Source: a virus (Duplodnaviria; Caudoviricetes). From it: a DNA stretch of 46,149 nt. This document shows, piece after piece, positions 1 through 10,296 of this stretch. Each line of letters begins with the position of its first letter. The stretch's first letter is position 1. Position numbers and translations under genes: made by a program. The DNA is taken from IMG/VR virus record IMGVR_UViG_3300032253_000002, positions 1 to 46,149 of that record; one strand, 5' to 3'. Under the pieces are notes generated by a model. It was not told where the DNA came from and searched no databases. It was given only the letters and a program-made list of their open reading frames with translations.

Positions 1-127
1 ACGTTAACATTGATGATGAGATGCGAGCTGTATTCGACCGGTTAGTTGCCACTGAAGAACAAATTGCTGCAGCTGAAGCACGTGCACACGTTGAACCATT
101 GTTCACCGATGCTGCTATGGCTGGTAT
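1..127. repeat. 127-bp terminal direct repeat (copy 1), circular-contig overlap
   Basis: Identical to 46023-46149. It lies inside a CDS that stays in frame across the join, and 127 is a common assembler k-mer. Confidence 0.95.
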
Positions 128-3100
128 GACTGAAGCTGAGTTTGCTAAGTACAAAGAACGTCAGCAGAAAGTGAAGGATGTTCAAACTGAAACACTGCGT
201 AATAAAATCATTAAGCATTTAACCCGTCAAACTAAAGCCTGGTGGAATGAAGAAAAGAACGACATCATCGATGAAGAAACTGACACGTTGAAAAAAGAAC
301 GTGTGCATGCTGCACGTGAAATGTTGAAGTCTAAAGAATTAAAAATTGACCACGCAACCGTTAGAGAAACCTACGGTGAAGAAAAGACTGATAAGATTGG
401 CAGAAAATCTGTTGTCATTCCAACAGCGTTAAAAGGCATGACAGCAAAAGGTCAACAAGGTGTACACCCTGATGAAGCAGCTGCGTTTCTTGGTTATGGC
501 TCCGGTGCTGAAATGATTAACGACATCATGACGGCACCATCACTGAAAGCAGCAGCAACAGCGAATGCTGAAGCACGTATGGTTGAAACCCACGGTGATG
601 TGTTCACCGACGGTACCATTGAACGTGCAGCTGATGAAGCCGTGGTTAGTGAAGAACGTGGTAAATTGATTCTTGATGAACTTAAAGCATTGGCGAAAGG
701 TACCAATGTACCCACTATCGATAGGGTAAGTATTAAAGAATTAGCAGTTAATAATATTAGTAGACTGTCATTCAGAGAGATTCACCCTGGTAAATACCGT
801 AAAGCTGAAATACGTGCAGCACAAGAAGCTGCCACCATGTTAGCAGCGGGTAATAAAGAAGGTGCATCAGCAGCTAAGTTGCGTCAAGTGATGAACTATT
901 ATTTGGGTATGGAAGCGAACAACGCTAAAAATGAAACGATGAAAATTGTTGACCGTATGGGTCGATACAATAAGAAGAAAGTCCGTGAAGAAATAATCAA
1001 AGCTGAAAACGGTTACTGGGAACAGATTGTTAATATATTAAGTCGTTTTGAGTTTAGAAAATCAGCATCACTAACCGGTGTTGACAGCATCAACTTGTGG
1101 ATGAAAGAACGTATGGAAGCAGACGGTGACGGTTTAGTGTTGTCGAATGCTGTGTTGAATGAATCTTATGTCACTCATTGGAAGAACATACCGTTCGCAG
1201 ATTTGCAGGGTGTCAACGACTCAGTGAAGAACATTGAGCATGTTGCACGTTATGGTAACAAGATACGTTTGCAACAAGACGAGATTGATTTTAAGAAATT
1301 AAAGTCTGAATGGGTTGACCATATCAATGAACAAGACGCACGTTTCCCCACTAAAAACAGTCGCAGTCGAACTGATGATGCACGTAAATCTACAACAATG
1401 GAGCATGTCAGACGGTGGGCATCTCAATTAACTAAGGTGCCATTTTTAGCATCATGGTTGGATGGAGGTGCACGTACTGGTTTAAGTCAAGATATCTTGG
1501 TGCAACAATTCACCGATGCGCTCGATGTTAAAATGCGCTTGGTTGATGAAGTCGCTACACCGGTGCTTGAAGCAATTAATAACCGTAGCAAAGAAGACCA
1601 GAAACGTCACAACACTAAAATCTGGATACCTGAGATTGAAGATCATCTTATGGGTCACCAGGTTTTAGCGGTCGCATTGAACACAGGTAACCAAGGTAAC
1701 TTGAAAAAAATGTTACTCGGTGAAGGCTGGGCTGATTCTTATCTTAATGAAGAAGATATCAGTTTTGAAAATCCAAAACTTCAAGCTGTGCTAAAACACA
1801 TGAACAAAAATGACTGGGATTTAGTGCAAAAGATTTGGGATCAGATGGAAATTCTGTACCCACAACTGGCTGAAGTTCACCGTAAAACAACCGGTTTAGT
1901 GCCACCGAAAGTGGTATCAACACCGATTGCGACAGAGTTCGGTGAGTATAAAGGCGGGTATTATCCTATTAAATATTCACCTAAACGTTCTCATAAAGCT
2001 GAAAAGAACGCTGAGAAACGTGAAGCTGAAACTGAGTCAATGTTTAACAACACCGCCAGCATCCAGTCATCGGTTAATGCCGGTGCAACTAATGAACGTA
2101 CAGGATTCTACGATAGAATTCATTTATCGTTAGAAGTTGTACCTGACCATTTCAATGAAACGATTCATTACATCACACACCATGATGCAGTGAGACAGCT
2201 TAACCGTTTATTACAAGCGCCTGATGTAGCTGATGCTATCACCGGTGTACTCGGTGAAGCTGAGTTCAAGCAGCTTAAGCCGTGGTTAAATGATGTTGCT
2301 AAAGATGGTCGTCAACAACCGGTTAAAACATACATTGATGAAGCGTTCGGTCGTTTACGTTTCGGTACAACACTCGGTGTAATGGGATTCAAAGCATCAA
2401 CAGGCATCATGCAGTTGTTTGGTTTATTCACTACTGCTGCTGATTTAGGTGTTGGTTCAACTGTTAAAGGTATTCAAACAACTATCGGTCGCAGCTGGTA
2501 CATGAAAGCAATACGCAATCATTTAGGTAGTGTTGACGCTATGCAAACAGGCTGGGATTTTGCCAATGAAAGATCCAAAGTAATGAACCATCGAACTAAA
2601 ACAATGGACCGTGAAATACGTAATGCTATGAATAGGTTAGCTGGTAAGACTGGGTTTTTAGCAGCAGTGCAAGAAACATCCATGAAACATATTATGTTGA
2701 TTCAAACGTACATGGTTGACTTACCGACTTGGCATGCTGCATACAGTAAAGAGTTAAGCGAATCAGGTGATGAAGCTGCAGCAATTAAACGTGCTGATTG
2801 GTCCGTTGAGAACTTACAAGGTTCAGGTGCGACTAAAGACATGGCTACGATTTTAAGGAATCAAAGTAAAATACACACCACGTTCACCATGTTCATGACC
2901 TTCTTTTCATCACTCGGTAATTTAACCGTTGATATAGCGAAAGGTAAGAAGTCAGGATTGTATTCAAACACCGCTGTTGCTGCTAAGTTAATGTTTTTAT
3001 TCACATTACCTGTGTTCTTTGAAATGCTGATGCGCGGTGAATTAGATGAACCTGATGACGATGATGACCGGTTGAATAAGTTCTTAATGCAATCTGCACT

Positions 3101-3416
3101 GTACCCGCTGACATCAATACCATTTGTTCGTGATGTCGCTGGTGGTGTCATTGGTGATTACGGTTACAGAAGTTCACCGGTTGCATCGATACTTGAAAAA
3201 GGTATTGGCGGTCTAAAACAAATGGGTGAACGTGCATTCACCGATGACGAGGTTACAAAAGGTGCACAGAAGAATGTTAGTAAATTAGTAGGTGCTTCTT
3301 TAGGTGTACCAGGCATCAATCAGGCTTGGGCAACAGGTGAGCATCTATATGATGTCATTGAGAATGGTGAAGAACTTACCATGCAAGAATTAATATTTGG
3401 TCCAAAACGTGAGTAA
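1..3416 (+). CDS. C-terminal part of giant internal virion/ejection (polyvalent) protein starting at 41672
   Basis: Track ORF 21..3416 is in frame with the open frame 41672..end. 4351+3416 nt = 2589 codons (2588 aa). Largely helical, with a hydrophobic C-terminal region, at the position of the largest podovirus ejection protein. Confidence 0.88.
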   Translation, partial: VNIDDEMRAVFDRLVATEEQIAAAEARAHVEPLFTDAAMAGMTEAEFAKYKERQQKVKDVQTETLRNKIIKHLTRQTKAWWNEEKNDIIDEETDTLKKERVHAAREMLKSKELKIDHATVRETYGEEKTDKIGRKSVVIPTALKGMTAKGQQGVHPDEAAAFLGYGSGAEMINDIMTAPSLKAAATANAEARMVETHGDVFTDGTIERAADEAVVSEERGKLILDELKALAKGTNVPTIDRVSIKELAVNNISRLSFREIHPGKYRKAEIRAAQEAATMLAAGNKEGASAAKLRQVMNYYLGMEANNAKNETMKIVDRMGRYNKKKVREEIIKAENGYWEQIVNILSRFEFRKSASLTGVDSINLWMKERMEADGDGLVLSNAVLNESYVTHWKNIPFADLQGVNDSVKNIEHVARYGNKIRLQQDEIDFKKLKSEWVDHINEQDARFPTKNSRSRTDDARKSTTMEHVRRWASQLTKVPFLASWLDGGARTGLSQDILVQQFTDALDVKMRLVDEVATPVLEAINNRSKEDQKRHNTKIWIPEIEDHLMGHQVLAVALNTGNQGNLKKMLLGEGWADSYLNEEDISFENPKLQAVLKHMNKNDWDLVQKIWDQMEILYPQLAEVHRKTTGLVPPKVVSTPIATEFGEYKGGYYPIKYSPKRSHKAEKNAEKREAETESMFNNTASIQSSVNAGATNERTGFYDRIHLSLEVVPDHFNETIHYITHHDAVRQLNRLLQAPDVADAITGVLGEAEFKQLKPWLNDVAKDGRQQPVKTYIDEAFGRLRFGTTLGVMGFKASTGIMQLFGLFTTAADLGVGSTVKGIQTTIGRSWYMKAIRNHLGSVDAMQTGWDFANERSKVMNHRTKTMDREIRNAMNRLAGKTGFLAAVQETSMKHIMLIQTYMVDLPTWHAAYSKELSESGDEAAAIKRADWSVENLQGSGATKDMATILRNQSKIHTTFTMFMTFFSSLGNLTVDIAKGKKSGLYSNTAVAAKLMFLFTLPVFFEMLMRGELDEPDDDDDRLNKFLMQSALYPLTSIPFVRDVAGGVIGDYGYRSSPVASILEKGIGGLKQMGERAFTDDEVTKGAQKNVSKLVGASLGVPGINQAWATGEHLYDVIENGEELTMQELIFGPKRE

Positions 3417-3447
3417 TGCTAAACTTATACAGAATTGAGGGTATATC

Positions 3448-4857
3448 ATGACAGTTAACACAACTAATATTATCAGTGGACCATACACGGGCAACGGTGC
3501 AGCTGACACTTATTCATACACATTTCGTGTTGATGATAAAACCCAACTGGAGGTTCGTGAATATACTGATTTAGGTGTTGAATCAATATTGACGGTTGAT
3601 GTTGATTACACTGTCACTGATGTCGGTGTCGATGGTGGTGGTACGGTTATTCGTTTAGCCGGTAATCTCCCTACTGATTATCAATGGTATATTCGAGCTG
3701 ATTACAAACTCACACAACTTATAGCATTCGCCAGTCAAGGTGGGTTTTTCCCATATATTCATGAAGAAGCCGTAGATAAAATCACATTTCTCATTCAACA
3801 ATTACAAGAGGAAATAGACCGTTGCGTTAAAGTGACTGTTATTTCTGGTGATGATCCAAGTGGGCTTGTAGCAAGTATTGAAGCATCTGCAGCTGCTGCT
3901 GCTGTGAGTGCTGCTGCAGCTGCAGCCGATTTAGTATTAACGAATGCTGATGTGGTATTAACGAATGCTGATGTGGTGTCTGCTGCTGCTGAAGTATTGC
4001 TTGCTGCTGCTGAAGTAACTTACGCGTCAGAGTGGGCAAACAAAGCTGAAGATAGTTTGGTCAGTGCGGCGGCGGGTGGTGATGAAGTAGATGATTACTC
4101 AGCTAAACATTTTTCATTAAAAGCAGCAACCAGTGCTGCTACTGCTGCTGATTTATCTAACACAGTGTCTGGTACTAATACTTATACTGCAACACTTGGT
4201 ATAGGCGCTTATGTAACAGGAAAAACATACCATTTAACATTCACAAACACTAATACATCAACAACATGCACATTGAATCTTGATGGTTTAGGTGCTAAGT
4301 CAATGAAAGATAGTGCTGGTCTTGATATTCCAACTTCTAATATACCTGAAGAAGCACTAGTTCGTTATGACGGTACAAACATGGTGTTATTAAACCCTTT
4401 GTCACGTGGCGGCGGTGTGTTTGTAACAGACACAGGAGCACCACTAATCAGTACAACAGTATTTGATCTTGATGCAGCTCTCCCTAACAATACATGGGAA
4501 TCTTTTGGTGCGACAGGTAGCGGTAAAACAAATATATGGACTGCATTAGATAGCGTACCATCTGATGTTGATTGGATTGAGGTAAAAGGTAGACTTTATT
4601 GTTATACCACAGCGGCAGAATTTACGTCTGTCACACTTGCTGCCAGACCAAACGGCAGTTCAGATGCATTTTCAGATATAACAACTATTGGTTATACAGG
4701 CGTTACTGTGACAGGAAGTGGTTCAACGGGGGTTGGCTCGACTGGCTGGTACAGCGCCAAAATAAATGTGTCAAGCCTATCATTTGATTTACTGATTTTT
4801 TACGGAGCAACTGCTGTGACCTGTAATATAGCTTTAGTCGGCTATGGGTACAATTAA
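3448..4857 (+). CDS. Tail fibre / receptor-binding protein
   Basis: N-terminal podovirus fibre anchor (YTGNGAADTYSYTF...DKITFLIQQLQE), Ala-rich stalk, Thr/Gly-rich beta C-terminus. GAGG RBS and TGCTAAACT extended -10 upstream. Confidence 0.85.
   Translation: MTVNTTNIISGPYTGNGAADTYSYTFRVDDKTQLEVREYTDLGVESILTVDVDYTVTDVGVDGGGTVIRLAGNLPTDYQWYIRADYKLTQLIAFASQGGFFPYIHEEAVDKITFLIQQLQEEIDRCVKVTVISGDDPSGLVASIEASAAAAAVSAAAAAADLVLTNADVVLTNADVVSAAAEVLLAAAEVTYASEWANKAEDSLVSAAAGGDEVDDYSAKHFSLKAATSAATAADLSNTVSGTNTYTATLGIGAYVTGKTYHLTFTNTNTSTTCTLNLDGLGAKSMKDSAGLDIPTSNIPEEALVRYDGTNMVLLNPLSRGGGVFVTDTGAPLISTTVFDLDAALPNNTWESFGATGSGKTNIWTALDSVPSDVDWIEVKGRLYCYTTAAEFTSVTLAARPNGSSDAFSDITTIGYTGVTVTGSGSTGVGSTGWYSAKINVSSLSFDLLIFYGATAVTCNIALVGYGYN
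3934..3975 (+). repeat. 21-bp tandem duplication in fibre stalk (VLTNADV x2)
   Basis: GTATTAACGAATGCTGATGTG at 3934-3954 and 3955-3975. Confidence 0.9.
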
Positions 4858-5091
4858 GTGAGCTGTTCATTCCCCTACCTTAACGAACTAGGTTATAACT
4901 TTGCATGTGATGCCCATGATGATGCATACAACCTGGGTACTACATTATGGCACAAGATTAAAGCTGATTTTAAACTAAGCCATACACAACTCAAGGTACG
5001 TAAGTGGCATTCACCATTTGTATCATTAGGTACTTTAGTCGTAATGACTTTTTGGCCTGACGCTTACTTACGATTTTACGGTATAAGATAA
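4858..5091 (+). CDS. Small phospholipase A2-like protein
   Basis: ACDAHDDAY...KADFKL matches the C-x-x-H-D-x-x-Y...AD pattern of PLA2-like proteins. GTG start abuts the fibre stop. Confidence 0.55.
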   Translation: MSCSFPYLNELGYNFACDAHDDAYNLGTTLWHKIKADFKLSHTQLKVRKWHSPFVSLGTLVVMTFWPDAYLRFYGIR

Positions 5092-5103
5092 TTTACTAAT
5101 ACT

Positions 5104-5637
5104 ATGTTAGAAATTATACAAAACCATTTACCTAGTTATTGTTATTCAAAAAATAACTATAAGTCAATCGATGGTGCTGTGATTCATTTCATCAGTGCGG
5201 TTAATGTATCACCAGATGATCCATTCAATCTACATAATATCTTAGATATATTTAAACAATACAAAGTTTCAGCTAATTATTTGGTGCGTAGACAAGGCGG
5301 TGTGATTGAATTGGTGCCACCGAAACGTAAAGCCTATCACGCAGGTAAGTCTATTATGAATGGGCGTGAAGGGTGTAATGAGTTCACTATCGGTATTGAA
5401 CTTGAAGGGGGTACTGATTTCCCTTACACTGATGAACAGATTCTTGTTACTGGACAGTTACTTGCACAATCCATGACAGAGAATCATTACACAAGTGACT
5501 GGGTGCAAGGGCATGATCGAGTACGTGCGAACTGGAATGACACTTACCCGAACATGAAGAAGTCAAAGAAGGTTGACCCTGGTGACCATTTTCCATGGGA
5601 AATATTAAACGATATGATAAAAGGAATAGGGCAATGA
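5104..5637 (+). CDS. Endolysin, AmpD-like N-acetylmuramoyl-L-alanine amidase
   Basis: VIH...VSANYLV...AYHAGKS...N.FTIGIELEG...GH...KVDPG motifs of the Amidase_2 family. Confidence 0.9.
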   Translation: MLEIIQNHLPSYCYSKNNYKSIDGAVIHFISAVNVSPDDPFNLHNILDIFKQYKVSANYLVRRQGGVIELVPPKRKAYHAGKSIMNGREGCNEFTIGIELEGGTDFPYTDEQILVTGQLLAQSMTENHYTSDWVQGHDRVRANWNDTYPNMKKSKKVDPGDHFPWEILNDMIKGIGQ

Positions 5638-6011
5638 AATTAGTATATATAGTTTTACTTATGATTGTGTCAATATCAGTATGGGCTACTGGACCACATC
5701 ATAATCACCAACATGTTACAAATGTTACTGAGGTCACCGAACAAACCAATGTAAGCAACTACAATCATTACCTTAAAGAAAAATGTAATGGTGCAGCATC
5801 AGGTGTAGCCGGTAACCAAATCACTATGGGGTTTGATACCTTTCAAACGCAACTGGGCATCGGACTCGGTAATGCTGACAGTTGTAATGCAATTAAATTG
5901 AACTGGGCACAACGACATAATGATTCACTTTATAGTATCGGTGTATCAGAAGAACGCGGTAAAGGTGGTAGCTTAAACACCATTGGTATTGGTTATAATC
6001 TAAGGTACTAA
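5634..6011 (+). CDS. Exported protein with YadA-anchor-like C-terminal beta strands
   Basis: Likely start ATG 5634 (overlaps amidase stop). Signal peptide MKLVYIVLLMIVSISVWA; then GAASGVA followed by amphipathic Gly-rich strands ending in an aromatic residue (IGIGYNLRY). Confidence 0.55.
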   Translation: MKLVYIVLLMIVSISVWATGPHHNHQHVTNVTEVTEQTNVSNYNHYLKEKCNGAASGVAGNQITMGFDTFQTQLGIGLGNADSCNAIKLNWAQRHNDSLYSIGVSEERGKGGSLNTIGIGYNLRY

Positions 6012-6012
6012 A

Positions 6013-6327
6013 ATGGTTGGTAAGGTCAGAACAATACTTAGAGAAACGCTTACTTGGTGGGCTGAATTCTTTAGTAAGTATCAAAAGCTGTTAATTGTCC
6101 TTATCCCGCTCATCAGTGTTGGCGGCGGCGGTAGCTGGTTTCACTTCTCAGAGGTTGAGAAAAAAGATGATTCCATTTTAGCTATTACTGAACATCTGCA
6201 TAAGATGGGTTCAAATGTTCCACGTGAAACAAAACCTATCACGAAAACAATCATCATCAAAGAAGGCTGCAATCAGTGCCTTCGGGAAATTAAAGAACTT
6301 AAACAAACGTACCATCCACAGAGGTGA
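6013..6327 (+). CDS. Membrane protein in lysis cassette
   Basis: One N-proximal hydrophobic segment (LLIVLIPLISVGGGG) followed by a soluble tail. Confidence 0.6.
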   Translation: MVGKVRTILRETLTWWAEFFSKYQKLLIVLIPLISVGGGGSWFHFSEVEKKDDSILAITEHLHKMGSNVPRETKPITKTIIIKEGCNQCLREIKELKQTYHPQR

Positions 6328-6331
6328 CATT

Positions 6332-6877
6332 ATGAACTGGTTAAAAGCAGCATTAGGTTTCGCAACAGGTGGTGTCAGTACATTAGTCACCGGTTTGTTC
6401 GGCTCATCTGAGAACGGTAAAGGTTTAGTCGGTGAAGTCTCCGGTGTTGTTGATCAATGGTTACCATCTGACGCAACTAAACATAAACAAAACATTGAGA
6501 ACATGACCGCTGGTGATGCTTCTCAAGCTAGTGCGCGGTTAATGCAAGCAGCACCGAGTCATGATTCTTGGTTAGATATTTTTATTGATGCTGCTAATCG
6601 TTCAGTGCGCCCGTTCTTCACCTACTGGGCTATTGGTGTTTTATGTGGTTGGTGGAATCCTCAAACAGAAGGTATTGACCCATTTGTATTAAATGTCATC
6701 TGGACTATTGTCGGTTTCTGGTTTGGTGGTCGTATGTTATTCAAAGACTTACCGAAAGCAATGACCATGTACAGATTAGAAAAAGCTAAAGCAACTTTAA
6801 TAAAAAAACCAGTAACACCTGCAGTCAAGAAAAAAGAACTGGTTGATGATGTTGAAGATTCGTGGGCCGGTGACTAA
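6332..6877 (+). CDS. Holin (GTA 3TM-holin-like)
   Basis: GAGGTGA RBS before ATG 6332 (MNWLK). SWLD...NRSVRPFFTY and IVGFWFGGR motifs. Confidence 0.75.
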   Translation: MNWLKAALGFATGGVSTLVTGLFGSSENGKGLVGEVSGVVDQWLPSDATKHKQNIENMTAGDASQASARLMQAAPSHDSWLDIFIDAANRSVRPFFTYWAIGVLCGWWNPQTEGIDPFVLNVIWTIVGFWFGGRMLFKDLPKAMTMYRLEKAKATLIKKPVTPAVKKKELVDDVEDSWAGD

Positions 6878-6894
6878 TAACAGGAGTTTATATT

Positions 6895-7227
6895 GTGTCC
6901 GATGCAAAGTTATATCAAGAATTAAAAAATCACATTGACAAGCATGTTGAACGGTTTGATAAACATGAACAGGAAGATATTATGAAATTCGATAAACTTG
7001 TTGCAGCGCAGCATGTTAATACAGAAGCTATCACCGTGTTAACAATATCAGTGTCGTCGTTAGTTGATAACACAAGTTCTATTGTCGAGTTGCACAGAGA
7101 TTTTCAAGGTGCTGCAAACATAGGTACTGCTGTACAAAAGTTCATGTTATGGTTTTTAAAATGGGGTGTTATCGGTGCAAGTATTTATGCCGGTTTGAAT
7201 TGGGTATTCACGCACTTTAAAAACTAA
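6895..7227 (+). CDS. Coiled-coil protein with C-terminal TM helix (lysis-associated)
   Basis: AGGAG RBS, GTG start, heptad-like body, C-terminal WFLKWGVIGASIYAGLNWVF. Confidence 0.7.
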   Translation: MSDAKLYQELKNHIDKHVERFDKHEQEDIMKFDKLVAAQHVNTEAITVLTISVSSLVDNTSSIVELHRDFQGAANIGTAVQKFMLWFLKWGVIGASIYAGLNWVFTHFKN

Positions 7228-7457
7228 ATATCTTTGTCAATGTCCATTAGTATATTAGCTTGTTCTTCTTTAAAACCACGCATCCAGTCAACACGCGGTT
7301 GTGGCATCGGTGTTGAGATTTGTAACATCATTTCATTCACCGGTGGTAAGTACAGTTTAATAACATCCTCCGGTCTTACATTTTTAGCCAACCCATAACC
7401 ATGTGCATGATAGTAGTCTTGTGCAGCACGTACACCTTTCATATAATCATCGTTCAT
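7224..7457 (-). CDS. Hypothetical protein
   Basis: 77-aa ORF with AAGG RBS, last gene of the leftward operon. Confidence 0.6.
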   Translation of the reverse strand: MNDDYMKGVRAAQDYYHAHGYGLAKNVRPEDVIKLYLPPVNEMMLQISTPMPQPRVDWMRGFKEEQANILMDIDKDI

Positions 7458-7528
7458 TTTTTAATATACCTTTGTTCCAACATGTCGTGTGAAGGTATTA
7501 TAATTGCTATTCTCATTTCGTTACCTCA

Positions 7529-9025
7529 TTAAAAGAAATTAACTTCTAAATCATTCGTTGTTACACCATCACGGTACCGTTGTATCGCTGCTTTCAATCC
7601 ATCTTGGTCATCAGTCTTACGTTCAATTGCATCAGCCACTGCTAAATCAACGGTGTCATTGCATAATATCCTGATGATTAATACCGGTTGTTTTTGACCT
7701 TGACGATCGATGCGCCCACACATTTGATCATATAATTCAAGTGACCAGTTTAACCCGAACCACGCGACAATGTGACCTGAGTCTTGCAGACCATCAACAC
7801 CGTGACCCATTGAACCAGGGTGACCCACCATCAATTTAATCTCTCCGTTGTTCCATTGGTTGATAACTTTCTCAGTGTCTTTTGATGGTGTCTTTGTTAA
7901 GTTAACCGGTTTGTATTTTTTAAACCGTTTCATGATTCGTTCAGCATCAGCGGTGAATGAGTAACTACACAGCACCGGTGACCCTGCTGCTTCTTCTAAT
8001 ATTTCTTCAAGTGCATCAAGTTTCACATCGTGTACTGCTTCGTATTCAGGTGAACCGCTAACAAGATACGGTGAACCATTACAGAATTGTAAGCACTTAT
8101 TTGACACTGATGATTTACTGAACACTTCAACTTCACTACCACTATCAAGCTGGGTGAACATATCTTTTTCTACTTCTTTATAAGCTTTACGTGCTGCAGG
8201 TGGAAGGTCAACCATCATGTTAGTCACTTTACAATCTGGTAAATCTAAATAGTCACGTGAATCCATCTTCACAGTGATGTCACTTATTTTGTGTTCTATC
8301 CATTGCTTACCGAGTTCAGTCGGTGTGTATGACCAGCCGCTATAATCACTCATGAAGTATGAGTCTTTGTAATGTGTGATGTATTCACCGAGTCGTTCAC
8401 CACCGTCAACCGCTAAGAACTGACCGTGTAAATCTAAGTAACCATTTGATGCAGGTGTACCAGTGAGTCCGGTCCTGTATTTAAAGTGGTTCATTATCTT
8501 ACGCCAACCGGTGATTTTAATTTTATACGTTTCACCGCGTCCATCTAATCGGTCACGGTTACCACCGGCTACCCGTAACGTGGTGCTGTTCTTCAACTTT
8601 GATACTTCATCATAAACAGCAAGTTGGAAAGGGAATTCTTTACCTTGACTAATATAATAATGGTCAAGCTGTTCAGCTAACCAGTTCATGTTCTCATAGT
8701 TAATGAGATAAATATCAGCATCAGCGAACAATGCACGTGCACGTTTTTCTTTGGTACCGTGTATCACACTGAACCGTAGATGTTTGGTATGAGTCCATTT
8801 ACGTGACTCACGTGCCCACACAGCTTGTATTACTCGCAGTGGCCCAAAGATAAGTGTCTTCTGAACTTGGCCTGCTCGCATCCTGTCAACGATAGTAGTC
8901 AGTGTGATAGGTGTTTTACCTAAACCCATTCCTAACCATAACATTGAATCATCATAATGCAGTTGATGCATGACACATTGTTTCTGGTAGTCGTGTAATT
9001 GTTGGGGTGTTAAGAGGTCAGTCAC
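7529..9025 (-). CDS. SNF2-like SF2 DNA helicase
   Basis: MGLGKT (motif I), DEVS (II), LTGTP (III), GHGVDGLQ, QMCGRIDRQGQ (VI). Confidence 0.93.
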   Translation of the reverse strand: MTDLLTPQQLHDYQKQCVMHQLHYDDSMLWLGMGLGKTPITLTTIVDRMRAGQVQKTLIFGPLRVIQAVWARESRKWTHTKHLRFSVIHGTKEKRARALFADADIYLINYENMNWLAEQLDHYYISQGKEFPFQLAVYDEVSKLKNSTTLRVAGGNRDRLDGRGETYKIKITGWRKIMNHFKYRTGLTGTPASNGYLDLHGQFLAVDGGERLGEYITHYKDSYFMSDYSGWSYTPTELGKQWIEHKISDITVKMDSRDYLDLPDCKVTNMMVDLPPAARKAYKEVEKDMFTQLDSGSEVEVFSKSSVSNKCLQFCNGSPYLVSGSPEYEAVHDVKLDALEEILEEAAGSPVLCSYSFTADAERIMKRFKKYKPVNLTKTPSKDTEKVINQWNNGEIKLMVGHPGSMGHGVDGLQDSGHIVAWFGLNWSLELYDQMCGRIDRQGQKQPVLIIRILCNDTVDLAVADAIERKTDDQDGLKAAIQRYRDGVTTNDLEVNFF

Positions 9026-9464
9026 TGATTAACTTACCATCAAGATGATCTATTTCATGCTGAATTAATCGTGCATCAAAATTTTTAAATTTCTGTTCAA
9101 TCAATTCACCTTTTTCATTTGTATATGTAACTTTGATTTTAAACCATCGTTTGATTCGTATCGGTCTGGTGAATGTAGATGTCACTGAGAAGCATGATTC
9201 ATTACCCCAGGATAACTTGCCTTTAGTTTCTATGATTTCAGGGTTAATCATAATGACTGTTTTAGCTTGTACATTCACCAGGATGATGCGTTTCATGTGT
9301 CCTATCTGCGGTGCTGCTAAACCTGCACAACTATAACCGGTTGATTGTTTTAAATTATTAGCAGTATCTTTTAAATCGTCGATGGTTTGATAATCAGCAC
9401 AGTAATTTGCTCTATCACACACATTATGTAAAAGTTTCTTATCTGTTATCACTGGTTTAATCAT
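9018..9464 (-). CDS. def: Peptide deformylase
   Basis: AGLAAPQIG, ESCFS and QHEIDHLDG are the three PDF signature motifs. Confidence 0.93.
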   Translation of the reverse strand: MIKPVITDKKLLHNVCDRANYCADYQTIDDLKDTANNLKQSTGYSCAGLAAPQIGHMKRIILVNVQAKTVIMINPEIIETKGKLSWGNESCFSVTSTFTRPIRIKRWFKIKVTYTNEKGELIEQKFKNFDARLIQHEIDHLDGKLISD

Positions 9465-9745
9465 TTCAACATCACCTCACGAATCCATTTATCAACACCA
9501 CTGTTACCATATACGGTGAACACTCGCGCACCTTTGCTGATGAGTCTTTTATGTTCTCGGTATTGATTCTTACTGAGTTCACCATCGATTGTTTTCACTT
9601 CAACAAAGTAGACCTTACTGAAATGAAAAACAATTCTATCAGGTACACCATCACGACCAGGTGACACCCATTTACGAGTGATGCCACCTGCTTTTTTTAC
9701 TTCATCGTCGAGATACTTTTCAACCTTACGTTCACGAACACCCAT
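9461..9745 (-). CDS. VRR-NUC domain nuclease / resolvase
   Basis: E..VE...KWVSPGRDGVPDRI...FVEVK...Q PD-(D/E)xK pattern, adjacent to SNF2 helicase as in APSE-like phages. Confidence 0.9.
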   Translation of the reverse strand: MGVRERKVEKYLDDEVKKAGGITRKWVSPGRDGVPDRIVFHFSKVYFVEVKTIDGELSKNQYREHKRLISKGARVFTVYGNSGVDKWIREVMLK

Positions 9746-10248
9746 TAATCGTTCGCTCTACGTTTTTTATTATTGTTTATTGATTTACTGTCACGTCTAT
9801 CTTCCACACGTTCAACAGATAAATCATCTAGTATATGTTTAACTATCGGTTTAATCCGGTCACTACGATACATCCTACCTTCGTGCTGCCTGTTTGATTT
9901 CTCAATCGGTGACATGCCTGACTGATGTGATGTCACTTCTTCACTGAGTAACGCGATACAGGTTGACAGTATTTCAATGATGACGGGTTTGTGTATGATA
10001 CCTTCATCATCTTCAGGTAACATTTCAGCGTTACGTTTCATCATCATCATGTGACCCATTGCAGCAATCGGGTTACCTGCATACATTTTAGACATTGACA
10101 TCTCTTCATCATGACTGATGTCTGAATGCATGGTGGTGACACTGAACATCTCACCTTCACCGATTAACTTTTCAAGTTCGTCACTGGCTACGAACTCACG
10201 TTGCTCACCGTTCGCATAGGTGATTGTTACTGTTGTGTTTGTTGGCAT
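9745..10248 (-). CDS. Hypothetical protein
   Basis: 167-aa ORF with AAGGA RBS. Confidence 0.7.
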   Translation of the reverse strand: MPTNTTVTITYANGEQREFVASDELEKLIGEGEMFSVTTMHSDISHDEEMSMSKMYAGNPIAAMGHMMMMKRNAEMLPEDDEGIIHKPVIIEILSTCIALLSEEVTSHQSGMSPIEKSNRQHEGRMYRSDRIKPIVKHILDDLSVERVEDRRDSKSINNNKKRRAND

Positions 10249-10296
10249 TTTTTTTTTAATCCTTAATTATGTAATTTATTTCACAGTCATTGATGA

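Noticed and set aside
1-127. Biological direct terminal repeat
   Set aside because: It falls mid-CDS and equals a typical assembly k-mer; it shows circularity, not virion ends.
3448-4857. BPP-1-type diversity-generating retroelement
   Set aside because: No reverse transcriptase, and no template/variable repeat pair seen despite the BPP-1-like virion genes.
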